This document shows positions 35,278 to 46,663 of a DNA stretch of 64,000 nt, piece by piece. The stretch's first letter is position 1; each line of letters starts with the position of its first letter. The DNA is from an uncultured virus (IMG/VR IMGVR_UViG_3300038345_000178). Lineage: Duplodnaviria > Heunggongvirae > Uroviricota > Caudoviricetes. The translations under genes were made by a program, and so were the position numbers. The notes beneath the pieces are model-generated. The model was given only the letters and a program-made list of their open reading frames with translations. It was not told the origin of the DNA and searched no databases. Location of the stretch: the IMG/VR virus record IMGVR_UViG_3300038345_000178, one strand, 5' to 3'.

Positions 35278-36480
35278 ATGATATTAACAAATAAGCAAGA
35301 AGAAGGTTTGAAAATTGCTGTAGCCAGACACAGAAATAATAATAAGTATACTGTGATCTCTGGCTACGCTTAAACAGGTTCTGGAAAATCAACATTAGTG
35401 CGTTTTATAATCAATGCATTAGATGTAGAAGAAGATAAAGTTTGTTATTGTGCATTTACAGGAAAAGCAGCTGAGGTTTTAAGAAAAAAAGGAAATAAAA
35501 ATGTTTGTACATTACATAAATTATTATATGATCATGTACCAAGACCTGCAGGAGGTTTTTTTAGAAAACCAAAACCAGTTATTCCATTTGATATTGTTGT
35601 AGTAGATGAAGTTAGTATGGCCCCAAAAGAGTTAATGAATTTATTATTTACTCATCCTGTATATGTTATTTGTTTGGGAGATCCTTTCCAGCTTCCGCCA
35701 ATAGAAAAAGAAGATGATAATGAACTTTTATATCATCCTCATATATTTTTAGATGAAATTATGCGACAGGCGCAAGAATCTGAAATTATTCGTTTAACTA
35801 TGCAAATAAGAGAAAATAGAGAATTAAAAACATATAATGGAAACGAAGTAAAAATTTTATCTCCAAATAATATTAACACGGGCATTCTTCAATGGGGAGA
35901 CCAAATAATTACCGCAACCAACGCAAAAAGACAATCTATTAATGCTCAAATGCGACAATTACTAGGAAGATATGGAGAACCTGTTGAAGGGGATAAGATA
36001 ATTTGTCTCAGAAATTATTGGGATGATTTAAGTGAACAGTGTAATCCACTCATAAATGGCACTATTGGTTATGTTCAAAATGGATTTAAAACCTGGATAG
36101 AACTTCCTTATTTCATTAGAAAACAATTTAAAGTTTCTAAATTAGATATTTTTACAACAAATCTATATATTCCTGAAACAAATGATATATACCATTCTGT
36201 TGAAATGGATTATAATATGATTTTAACAGGAGAAAAAAGCATAGATTGGCGTTTATCTTATGCTTTAGGAAGATTAAAACCAAAATATGGAGATATGATT
36301 CCTAAAGAATTTGATTTTGCTTATGCAATTACTTGCCATAAATCTCAAGGTTCAGAGTGGAATAAAGTGGTTGTTATAGAGGAAAAATTTCCATTTATTA
36401 AGCATGAACACGCAAGATGGTTATATACGGCTTGCACAAGAGCTTCTGAAAAATTAGTATTATTAAAGGAGGATAAATAA
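35278..36480 (+). CDS. Dda/RecD-like SF1B helicase interrupted by an in-frame TAA (35371-35373) within Walker A; possibly a pseudogene
   Basis: AGGAGG RBS; MILTNKQ...SGYA*TGSGKSTL; AFTGKAA, VDEVSM, GDPFQLPP, AYAITCHKSQGSEW, YTACTRA. Confidence 0.8.
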
Positions 36481-36851
36481 TGAAAAAAGAAAAAATAATT
36501 GAAATCCTTGAAGATTTTAAACCAGATAGCGGTTATTGCTGTAGAGCTTCATATGAAGAATTTGTCAATGAAAGAGTAAACAGCCGTTTAGATGATATTA
36601 TTGAATTTATAAAACGTGAGCCGGACGATGATTGGATAAAATGTACGGAGAAATTACCAAAATTAGCGAGCATTGATAAGAGGATGGTGAGCGATTGTGT
36701 TTTAGTATACACAATTGATGGCAATATGCATAAAGCAATATATTGTGACAACGAATGGCTTTATTTTGCTTTCGGGGTTTTTGCACTTCCGCTCAGCGTA
36801 GATGTGATTTATTGGAGATCACTACCTGAACCGCCGAAGGAGGGCAAATAA
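36480..36851 (+). CDS. DUF551-like phage protein
   Basis: WIKCTEKLP...VIYWRSLPEPP. Confidence 0.7.
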   Translation: MKKEKIIEILEDFKPDSGYCCRASYEEFVNERVNSRLDDIIEFIKREPDDDWIKCTEKLPKLASIDKRMVSDCVLVYTIDGNMHKAIYCDNEWLYFAFGVFALPLSVDVIYWRSLPEPPKEGK

Positions 36852-37145
36852 ATGGCTGTAAAATTAACATGGGATAAAAGTTCATCGGCTTATGAAGCCG
36901 TGGAAAAAGCTATATCAAAAAACAAATTATATGACAATTGTGATATGCTCGTAGAAATCAAATATAAATATAGTTGGGAATCTGATGATAAATATCTAAC
37001 ATCTAACGAAATTTTAACATTTGATACAAGCGGAGCGCTTGCAGTATGGGAAAATGATTGGTGGGAAGGATAGCAAGATGTATGGGTAATTGCAGCAGCA
37101 CCTATTGAGGAAATTGAATTACAAGATAAATGGAATATTAATTAA
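36852..37145 (+). CDS. Hypothetical protein, TAG at 37071-37073
   Basis: WENDWWEG*QDVWVIAAAPIEEI...; ends TAA at 37143-37145. Confidence 0.65.
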
Positions 37146-37272
37146 AAGACGATAACTTAAAATAATTATAGTATCAACTAAAAGAAAGGCTATAAATTAT
37201 AATACATTATACTTGACTTTTTTTATTTTTTATGTTATAATATATTATATGAAATAATAAGGGGGCAAAAAT

Positions 37273-38572
37273 ATGAGTAGATTTGAGATTCATGCACATA
37301 CCGAGTTCTCAAATATTCGTTTACTTGATTGCATAAATAAAGTTAAGCCCTTAATTAATAGAGCAGTAGAAAATGGATTAAGCGGCATTACCATTACAGA
37401 CCATGAATGTTTATCTGCTGCTCCTGAAGCTAATTTTTATGCACAAGAAATTCAAGAAAACCGCCCTGATTTTAAAATTGCATTAGGAAATGAAATTTAC
37501 CTAATTGACAAAAGAGAAATGGGTCAAAAATATTATCACTTTATCTTAATTGCAAAAAATCAAATAGGATTTAAAGCATTAAGAGAATTATCTTCTGTAT
37601 CATGGATGAATAGTTATTGGGATCGAGGTATTGAAAGAGTTCCAACTACATATGATGAAATAGAACGAATTGTAAAAAAATATCCTAATAGTTTAATTGC
37701 AACGACCGCCTGTCTTGGAGGAAAACTTTCAATTGAAACATTAAATTTAATAAAGGCAGAAAAAAACAATGATGTCATTTCTAAAGATGAAGCTCATCAT
37801 AATATTGTAAATTTTATATTATGGTGTAAAAATATTTTTGGAAATGATTTTTATATTGAGTGTGCTCCAGGTCAATCTCGTGAGCAAATAGCTGTCAATA
37901 AAAGATTACAGTCTATTGCAGCAGCTTTTAAATGTAAAATGGTATTAGGAACAGATGCACACTATTTAAAAAAGGAAGATAGATATATTCATAAATCTTA
38001 TCTTAATTCAAAAGGCGGAGAACGAGAAGTTGACGCTTTTTATGAATATGCATATCTTCAAACAGAAGAAGAAATAAAAGAAAATATAGCTCCATCAGAA
38101 TTAAATTATGAAAATCTTGTAGCAACTTCTGAAGAAATTTATAATAAAATTGAAAATTATAGTTTAAAACATAATCAAACTATTCCAAAAGTTGAAGTAC
38201 AAGATTATGTAAAATATGAAGATAAAAGTTTAAAAGATGTTCCAACTTTGTACAATATGAAAATATCCGATGATAAATATGAAAGATATTGGGTAAATGT
38301 TTGTTTAAATAAATTAAAACAAATGAATATAGACAATAATGAATATATGCAACGACTTGAAGAAGAAGCAGATATAAAGAAAACAATTAGTGAAAAACTT
38401 GGAACTAATATGTTTAGATATCCTATTGTTCTTCAACATTATGTTGATATGTTCTGGGAGTGCGGAAGTACGGTTGGAGCAGGAAGAGGCTCATCTTGTT
38501 CAGGATTAAATCATTATCTTTTAGGAATCACTCAATTGGATCCTATTAAATGGGAGCTTCCGTTTTGGAGAT
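37273..38572 (+). CDS. dnaE: DNA polymerase III alpha, exon 1 (PHP domain)
   Basis: HAHTEFS, ITDHE, TACLGG, TDAHY, GAGRGSS. Ends ...FWR plus one T at the splice site. Confidence 0.9.
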
Positions 38573-38847
38573 TAAAATTTTAAATAATAGTCTCCCTATA
38601 TTGTGAAATATAGTATAAAAAATTTCGTGAACTCTATTACTCAGAGGTGTGTAAAGAACGATTAGTTTTCAATAGGAAATGATTGATTAATCTTTATGCT
38701 AACAGGGAAGCCTTAACAAGTAAAGTTGAAGGTAATCCAGTGCCAAGCCTAAATTTAGGAAGGTGTAACGACTATCCGAAAAGGAGTAAGGCGGAAGATG
38801 AGTTACCGCTTGAAGTGCGAAAATCTTTAAATATTTTCTACCATTTT

Positions 38848-38884
38848 GGTCAAAATGGAGTAAATTAATTAATCAAATTTTTAT
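38848..38884 (+). promoter_or_regulatory. Candidate late-promoter motif inside the dnaE intron
   Basis: GGTCAA-N24-TTTTTAT. Confidence 0.55.
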
Positions 38885-38918
38885 GTATAATAGAAAACAT
38901 AGAAAGGAGATTAATATT

Positions 38919-39563
38919 ATGTTAATCTATAAAATAACAAATTTAATAAATAATAAATGTTATATTGGTCAAACAATAAAAACTGCTCAATAGAGATGGA
39001 AAGAACATCAATGTCATGCATTTGGCTCTCACATAAACGATCAAAATAAAACTTTATATAAAGCTATTAGAAAATATGGATTATAGAATTTTATTTTTGA
39101 AGTTTTACAAGATAATATAAAAACTTTTTAGCAACTAGATAAAGCAGAAATTTATTGGATTGATTATTATAATAGTTTTGTAAAAGGATATAATGAAACA
39201 TTTGGTGGACAACAATATCATAAAGTTTTACCAAATAAAGAAATTATAGAGGATTATTACAAAACAAAAAGCGCCAGAAAAACTGCTTTAAAATTTGGAA
39301 TAGATCATACAACAGTAGACAATATTTTGAATCAAAATAATATTCCAAGATTTAGTTTTAGATAGGCAACTGGAAAAAAAATTAAAATTTCAAAAGATAA
39401 TTTTGAAAAAGAATTTAATTCTGTTAAAGATTGCGCAGAATGGTTTGTACAAAATCAAATATGTAAAACTAAAAATGTAGAGAGCGCAAGAGCAGGACTA
39501 AAAAATGCAAGATCATCTAAAGGAAATGGTTTTTATTATGGTTATTTAATAGAAAATATTTAA
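38919..39563 (+). CDS. Intron-encoded GIY-YIG homing endonuclease (214 aa, 4 TAGs), absent from the track
   Basis: AAGGAG RBS; MLIYKITNLINNKCYIGQT...RWKEH...YGL*NFIFEVL...GYNET. TAGs at 38991, 39084, 39129, 39363. Confidence 0.85.
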
Positions 39564-39608
39564 AGAATAAGATATAGTCTATGCCATTAGAAATAATGGA
39601 ACAACATG

Positions 39609-42286
39609 ATTTAAATAAAGAAAGAATAGAACTTGGAGATATTGATATTGATCTTTGTCCAAGTAAACGTCCATTCATTCTTCAAAAAATAAAAGAAGAA
39701 AGAGGACAGTTTTTTTATGATGGAATTGACACATTAAGTAAACAAAATCTTGGATGCACATTGATTGCAACTTTCGGCACAGAAGGAACCAAATCAGCAA
39801 TTTTAACAGCCTGCCGCGGATATCGTTCTGAAGATTATCCAGATGGTATTGATGTTGATACTGCACAATTTTTATCCTCACTCGTACCAAGTGAAAGAGG
39901 TTTCTTATGGCCATTAAAAGATGTTGTATATGGTAATCCTGATAAAGATAGAAAACCAATTCAACCTTTTATTAATACAATTAATCAATTTGAAGGTTTA
40001 TTAAATATTGCCTTATCTATTGAAGGTCTTGTAAATAAAAGAAGTAGTCATGCAAGTGGAGTTATTTTATTTGATGAAGATCCTTATGAATTTGGATGTT
40101 TTATGAAAACTCCAAAAGGAGAGGTTATTACTCAATGGGATTTGCATAAATGTGAAGCTTGCGGTATGACTAAGTATGATTTTCTTGTAACAGAAGTTCA
40201 AGATAAAATTGTGGAAACTATAAAATTATTGCAAAAACATGGAAAGCTTGATGCTAAATTAACATTAAGAGAGATTTATAATCAATATTTTCACCCAGAA
40301 GCCCTGCCATTAGATGATACAAGAATTTGGGATGCTTTAAAAAATAATACAGTTCTAAATGTATTTCAATTTGATTCTGATGTTGGATCACAAGCAGCTA
40401 AAAAAATTAAGGCTACTAATATTTTAGAGATGGCAGATGCTAATGGCTTAATGAGATTAATGACTGCAGAAAAAGGCGAAGAAACTCCTATGGATAGATA
40501 CATCCGTTATAAAAATAATATTAAGTTATGGTATCAAGAAATGGATAAAGCTGGTTTATCTAAAAAGGAACAAATAGCTATTGAACCTTATTTTAAAACT
40601 TCTTATGGAGTTCCTCCTTCACAAGAGCAACTTATGAAAATGTTAATGGATGAAGATATATGCGGATTTTCATTAAAAGAAGCTAACGCCGCAAGAAAAA
40701 TTGTAGGTAAAAAACAAATGGCAAAAATCCCTGAACTTCATCAAAAAATATTAAATATGGCAAAAAGCCCCGCATTGGGCAACTACATTTGGGAACGTGG
40801 AGTTGGTCCTCAAATGGGATACTCATTTAGTATTATCCATGCTCTTGCCTATTCTTTTATTGGAGTTCAAACAATTTATTTAGCAACTAACTGGAATCCA
40901 ATCTATTGGAATACAGCTTGCCTAATTGTAAATAGTGGCTCTCTTGAAGATGAAGAAAAGGTAGAAATTGTTAATATTTATGAGCAAGAAGATACTGATA
41001 ATTTTATTTATGAAGATTTGCCAGATAGAAATGGTAAGAAAAAAATAGAAAAGACAACAGATTATTCAAAACTTGCAAAAGCTATTGGAGATATTACTTC
41101 AAAAGGGATTAAAGTATCTTTAATTGATATTAATCAATCTGAATATAGTTTTGCTCCAGATGAAAACAATAATGAAATTTTATTTGGTTTAAAAGGTGTT
41201 AATAAAATTGGTAATAATATTATTAAAACCATTATTGAAAATCGTCCATATACTGGGATTATAGATTTTATGAAAAAATGTTCTTTAAATAAAACTCAAA
41301 TGATTTCTTTGATTAAATCAGGAGCTTTTGATAAATTGGATGAACATTGGGCAAAACAAATCTGTTCTAAAAATCCTCGATATGCAATTATGGCATATTA
41401 TTTATATTTAACTTGTGAACCAAAGAAAAAACTTAATCTACAAAACTTTAATGGATTATTAAATAGCAATTTAATTCCAGAAACATTATATCCACAAAAG
41501 CAAGCATACTTATTTAACAAATTTTTAAAAGAATATAAAAAAGTTGGAAAGTATTATATCTTTGATTCAAAAACTTTAACTTTTTATTCGGAGCATTATG
41601 ATATAGAACAGTTAGATGTAATAAATGGAGTTCCATGTATTTTACAAACAAAATGGGATAAAATTTATCAAAAAGAAATGGATATTGCAAGATATTGGTT
41701 AAAAAATAATCAAACAGAATTGTTGAATCAATATAATGCTTTGCTATTTAATGAAGCATGGAATAAATATGCGGTTGGTACTATATCTGCTTGGGAAATG
41801 GAAAGTTTATGTTTTTATCATCATGAACATGAACTAGCTAATATTAATACAACTAAATATGGTATCGTAGACTTTTTTAAATTATCATATGAACCTGAAG
41901 TTGATTATTGGTATAAAAGAAATAATAAAGAGCTTCCAATTTTTAAGTTGTATAAAATTGCTGGAACAATAATCAGTAAAGATAATACGAAAGCATCTAT
42001 TTCTGTATTAACAACTACAGGAGTTGTTACTGTAAAATTTACAAAAGAATATTATGCCATGTTCAATAGGCAAATTTCGCAAGTGCAAGCAGATGGAAAA
42101 AAGAAAGTTTTAGAAAAAGGTTGGTTCACTCGTGGGACAAAAGTATTAATAACAGGTTATAGAAGAGAAGATACTTTTGTTGCTAAAACATATAAAAATA
42201 CAACAACGCATCAATTATATAAAATAACAAATGTAAATAACAAAGAAATTGCATTAGAACATGAAAGGATAGAAGTAAATGATTAA
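39609..42286 (+). CDS. dnaE: DNA polymerase III alpha, exon 2
   Basis: GDIDID, SSHASGV, KYDFL, GYSFSIIHALAYS, C-terminal OB fold. Confidence 0.9.
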
Positions 42287-42842
42287 AGAGCCTATACAAA
42301 TTATTGCCTTGTTTGGAGAATCGGGCGTTGGAAAAGACGCCCTTCAAAACCTCATTTTAAAACAACATCCAACTTATAATAAATTAATTTCTTATACGAC
42401 CCGCCCAAAAAGAAACAACGAAATAAATGGACAAGATTATAATTTTATAAAAACAGAACAATTTAAAAATTTGATTCAAGAGCATAAAATGCTTGAATAT
42501 ACAAAATTTAACAATTGGTTTTACGGCACCTGTGTTGGCAGTTTAAAAGATAATACTGTCAATGTGGGGGTGTTTAATATTCAGGGTATTCATTCAATAA
42601 TAACTTGCTTTGAAAATAAAATACAAGTTACTCCAATTAGAATATGCACCTCAAACAAAACGAGATTATTAAGAACTTTAAACCGAGAAGAAAATCCAAA
42701 TTGTAAAGAAATTTGTCGAAGATTTCTTTCTGATTTAATAGATTTTGAAAAAATACCCTTTGAATATATTACTTTTAAAAATGATAAAGACAATCTCGAA
42801 GAAAATTGGAATCGTTTTAAAAAATAGGTCAATCTTAAATAA
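42279..42842 (+). CDS. gmk: Guanylate kinase-like protein (TAG at 42825; TAA five codons later)
   Basis: GESGVGKD, SYTTRPKRNNEING.DYNF, WFYGT. Confidence 0.8.
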
Positions 42843-42863
42843 AATATCTATTACTTTTTTTAT
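42827..42863 (+). promoter_or_regulatory. Candidate late/middle-promoter motif upstream of nrdD
   Basis: GGTCAA-N24-TTTTTAT. Confidence 0.5.
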
Positions 42864-42913
42864 TATATAAGTACCCTGAAATTATTTTATATACTTAGGA
42901 GGAAAAAAAGAAA

Positions 42914-43849
42914 ATGATTTATGTTGTAAAAAGAGACGGTAGAATAATGCCATTTAATCTTGAAAAAATTAAAACTGCTATATTAAAAGCTTTTTAGGCA
43001 GTGGATCACGAAGTTACTCCATATGCAGAAGCAAAAGCAGAAAACATAGCCAACTATATTGAAGGTTATTGTGAGGACGTAGAAGAACCCCAATCAATAG
43101 AAGAAATTCAAGATTTAGTTGAAAATGGATTGATGTCTACTAAAAGAAAAGACGTGGCAAAAGCATATATAAAATACCGTGAAGAAAGATCTAAACAACG
43201 CAATTGGAATAATATAATGATGCAGACAGCAAAAGATAAACTATCTGCGAAAAAAATTGATAACCAAAATGCTAATGTAGATGAGAACTCTTTTGGAGGA
43301 AGAAAAGGTGAATTTGATTCTGTTATATTGAAACAATTTGCTTTAGATAACTGTATGTCAAAAATATCAAAAGAACATCATTTAAATAATGTAATTTATA
43401 TTCACGACTTAGATTCATATGCTGTGGGAATGCATAACTGTTTATCAATTCCATTTGATGATTTATTAGCAAAAGGCTTTAACACTCGTCAAACGGATGT
43501 GCGTCCAGCTAATTCTATAAGCACCGCATTTCAGTTGGCAGCAGTAATATTTCAAATTCAAAGTTTACAACAGTTTGGAGGTTGCGCAGCTACGCATTTA
43601 GATTGGACAATGGTACCTTATGTAAGAAAAAGTTTTAATAAGCATTTCAGAGACGGAATTAAATATATTTTAGGTAATACTGCGGAAGGTTTTGAAATAT
43701 ATAATAAAGAATCTATTGATTCAAAATCATATAAACTATATAGTGATAAAGTCTATAACTACGCGTTTGATATGACAAAGAAAGAACTTAATCAAGCAGT
43801 TGAGGGGTTATTCCATAACCTTAATACACTACAAAGTAGAAGTGGAAAT
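42914..43849 (+). CDS. nrdD: Anaerobic ribonucleotide reductase, exon 1 (ATP cone; TAG at 42995)
   Basis: AGGAGG RBS; MIYVVKRDG, IYIHDLD, HNC, QQFGG, HNLNTLQSRSGN. Confidence 0.9.
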
Positions 43850-43947
43850 TAAAGTTGGTTTCCCTAGAGCGAAATCTCTAGTAAAAAACTGGGCAAAGTC
43901 GGTAAACTCTAAGTTTTTAATTTTAGTAAAAAAAATTCTAATAATGT

Positions 43948-43976
43948 TTGACAAACGTAAAAAATTTTGGTATAAT
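43948..43976 (+). promoter_or_regulatory. SigA promoter inside the nrdD intron
   Basis: TTGACA-17-TATAAT upstream of the endonuclease RBS. Confidence 0.75.
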
Positions 43977-44009
43977 AAATTAAAGATTGGTAAAAAGGAG
44001 ATTTTTATT

Positions 44010-44840
44010 ATGCCAAGAAAAAATATAACAAAAGAATTAAAACAAGAAATTATAAATTATTATTTATCTAAACCAATGACATTAAAACAAGTTGAAGATA
44101 AATATAAATTAAGTCATCCTACAATTAGCAAAATATTAAAAGAAATTCCTAAATATACAAAAGCTAAAATATATAATCCAAATATGAAAGAACACTTTTT
44201 TCAAGAAATTAATAGTGAAGAAAATGCTTATTTTCTTGGATTGCTAATTGCAGATGGAAATATCTTTAAAGATAATACAGGTAGACAAGCATCTATTTCT
44301 ATTACATTAAATTTAGAAGATGAATATATGCTTCAAAAATTTAAAGAGGTTTTACGAGCAGATACTTCTATTGGATATGATAATAGAGGGTGTGGACAAA
44401 TAGCAGTTCGCAGTGATATAATGGCAGAAGATCTTGCTAAATATGGAGTAGTTCCTCGTAAAAGTTATCATACTTATTTACCAGAAATTCCAAATCAATA
44501 TATGTAGCATTTATTACGAGGAATTTTTGATGGAGACGGAAGTATTTTAGCAAAACCCAGTCCTAATGACGATGGGCATAATAGATTTTTACATTGTATT
44601 AGTTTTTGTGGAACTCACAAACTCATGGAAGATATTTCAAATTATTTATATAAAAATCTTGCTTTTAAACAAAAACCTACTGTATATGATTATAAAGATA
44701 GACAATTAAGTGAATTAAAAATTCAAAATATAAATGATATATATTTATTTGGCACTTGTATATATAAAAAAGCAACTATTTTTTTAGATAGAAAATATAA
44801 AATATTTCTTGATTTTAAGCAACATTATAATTTAGATTAA
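44010..44840 (+). CDS. Intron-encoded LAGLIDADG homing endonuclease, TAG at 44505
   Basis: YFLGLLIADG and LLRGIFDGDG motifs; N-terminal HTH; AAGGAG RBS. Confidence 0.85.
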
Positions 44841-45033
44841 AAATAAGATAATACCGAGGTAACTAATTAGATAACGCAAGGCTAATTAGTACTGTAGAGC
44901 GTAGGTGGTGAATAAATATAATCCACCCAAGAATGTCCACTCCCAAACAGATAACGCTGTGGGAGAAGATGTACGCCGACCTTATAAGAAATTATAAGAA
45001 CTAAAGGATAAAAAGCCTTTAGGATAACATTAG

Positions 45034-46347
45034 CAACTGCCATTTACTTCAATTAATTTTGGAACTTGCACTCTTCCAGAAGGCAGAATGGTAATTCAAG
45101 CTTTATTAGAAGGAAGTATTAAAGGTGTAGGAAAATTCCATAAAACCCCAGTATTTCCTTGTAGCATTTTTCAGGTAATGAGTGGAGTTAACAAAGAACC
45201 TGGAACTCCCAATTATGATTTATTTAGATTGGCACTAGAGTCAACAGCAAAAAGATTATATCCAAATTATGCTAATGTTGATTGGAGTGGTAACGCTGGT
45301 TACGACCCCAACGACCCGACTACGTATTTCTCAACTATGGGTTGCAGAACAGCTAACGGACTAGATATCAATGCAGAACCAGGAGTAAATCCACAACGAA
45401 AAGATGGAAGAGGTAATATTTGTCCTGTTACAATTATACTTCCTACCTTAGCAATGATGGCAAAAGAAGATTTTAATAATGAATATGATGATAATATTAT
45501 TGATGTATTTATGCTATATCTTGATAAAAAAATTGAAATAGCAAAAGATATGCTAATTGAAAGATATAATTATATTTGTTCACAAAGCCCCCTTTCAGCA
45601 AAGTTTATGTGGGAAAATAACACCATGGCAGGTTATCATCCTGAAGAAGGAATTCAAAGTGCACTAAAACATGGCACACTTGCACTGGGTCAAATAGGAC
45701 TTGCTGAAACGCTACAAATTTTAATAGGAAAAGACCAAACTGATTGTGAAGGTCTTGAATTAGCAAAAAAGATTGAATCTTTATTTCAAAAACGTTGTAA
45801 AGAATTTAAAGAAAAATATAAATTAAATTTTGGAGTTTATTACAGCCCCGCAGAAAATTTATGTTACACTGCAATGAAAAAATTTCAAAAGCAATATGGT
45901 ATTATTCCTAATGTAAGTGATAAAGATTTCTTTACAAATTCAATTCATGTACCCGTTTGGAAAGAAATTGATCCATTCACAAAAATTGATATTGAAAGTC
46001 AATTAACTGGATACAGTAGCGCAGGTTGTATTACTTATGTAGAATTAGATACTTCTATTTTACATAATATAGATGCATTGGAAACAATAGTAACATATGC
46101 AATGGATAAAGATATTCCTTATTTCGCTTTAAATATTCCTAATGATTTATGTTTAACTTGCGGCTATGAAGGAGAAATCAATGAAGAATGTCCTATATGC
46201 AAAGGAATAAATATTCAAAGACTTCGTAGAGTAACTGGATACTTAACAGGAGATTATAAAACTGCATTTAACTTAGGAAAACAACAAGAAACTGAAATGA
46301 GATTTAAACATTCTTCTTTATTAAAAAAGAGTTTTAAGGAGGATTAA
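45034..46347 (+). CDS. nrdD: Anaerobic ribonucleotide reductase, exon 2
   Basis: TPVFP, TMGCRT, GRGNI, PAENL, TNSIH, CxxC...CxxC, RRVTGYL glycyl-radical motif. Confidence 0.92.
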   Translation, partial: QLPFTSINFGTCTLPEGRMVIQALLEGSIKGVGKFHKTPVFPCSIFQVMSGVNKEPGTPNYDLFRLALESTAKRLYPNYANVDWSGNAGYDPNDPTTYFSTMGCRTANGLDINAEPGVNPQRKDGRGNICPVTIILPTLAMMAKEDFNNEYDDNIIDVFMLYLDKKIEIAKDMLIERYNYICSQSPLSAKFMWENNTMAGYHPEEGIQSALKHGTLALGQIGLAETLQILIGKDQTDCEGLELAKKIESLFQKRCKEFKEKYKLNFGVYYSPAENLCYTAMKKFQKQYGIIPNVSDKDFFTNSIHVPVWKEIDPFTKIDIESQLTGYSSAGCITYVELDTSILHNIDALETIVTYAMDKDIPYFALNIPNDLCLTCGYEGEINEECPICKGINIQRLRRVTGYLTGDYKTAFNLGKQQETEMRFKHSSLLKKSFKED

Positions 46348-46348
46348 T

Positions 46349-46663
46349 ATGTCATCAATAAAAATATTAATAATCACAGATTCAAAAGATAAAGCATTTA
46401 GATTTTTACAACAAAAGCTTGGAAAAGATTATAAAACATTTGGAAAAATATATGAAGATAACTCAAATCTTCTTCTTGAAGCTGATTGGATTTTATTCTC
46501 CTGGTTTGCTCCTGAACTAATGCACACTTGTCAAAGAGCTGATTGCATTTATATAGATAAGGATTTTGAAATTACTGAAAATACATATGAAGCTATAATC
46601 AGACCCCTTACTATGAGTTATCATTATTTTAATTTAAAGGAGAATAAAGATAATGATGAATAA
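46349..46663 (+). CDS. Hypothetical protein
   Basis: Track ORF with AGGAGG RBS; coupled to its neighbours. Confidence 0.65.
   Translation: MSSIKILIITDSKDKAFRFLQQKLGKDYKTFGKIYEDNSNLLLEADWILFSWFAPELMHTCQRADCIYIDKDFEITENTYEAIIRPLTMSYHYFNLKENKDNDE

Larger units (their letters stand above)
38573..39608 (+). mobile_element. Group I intron in dnaE
   Basis: 5' exon ends in U; GGAGAU pairs with IGS GUCUCC (38590-38595); P7 GACTA (38770)/TAGTC (39575); terminal G. Splicing restores FWR-Y-LNKER. Confidence 0.88.
43850..45033 (+). mobile_element. Group I intron in nrdD
   Basis: Exon end GGAAAU pairs with IGS GUUUCC (43858-43863); P3 TGGGCA/TGTCCA; P7 GCGTA/TACGC; terminal G at 45033. Splicing restores SRSGN-QLPFTSINFG. 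Confidence 0.88.

Noticed and set aside
38683..38868. 61-aa track ORF
   Set aside because: Overlaps the ribozyme core of the dnaE intron and has no RBS.
43800..44009. N-terminal extension of the LAGLIDADG ORF in the track
   Set aside because: Runs through nrdD exon 1 and intron structure; the promoter and RBS point to ATG 44010.
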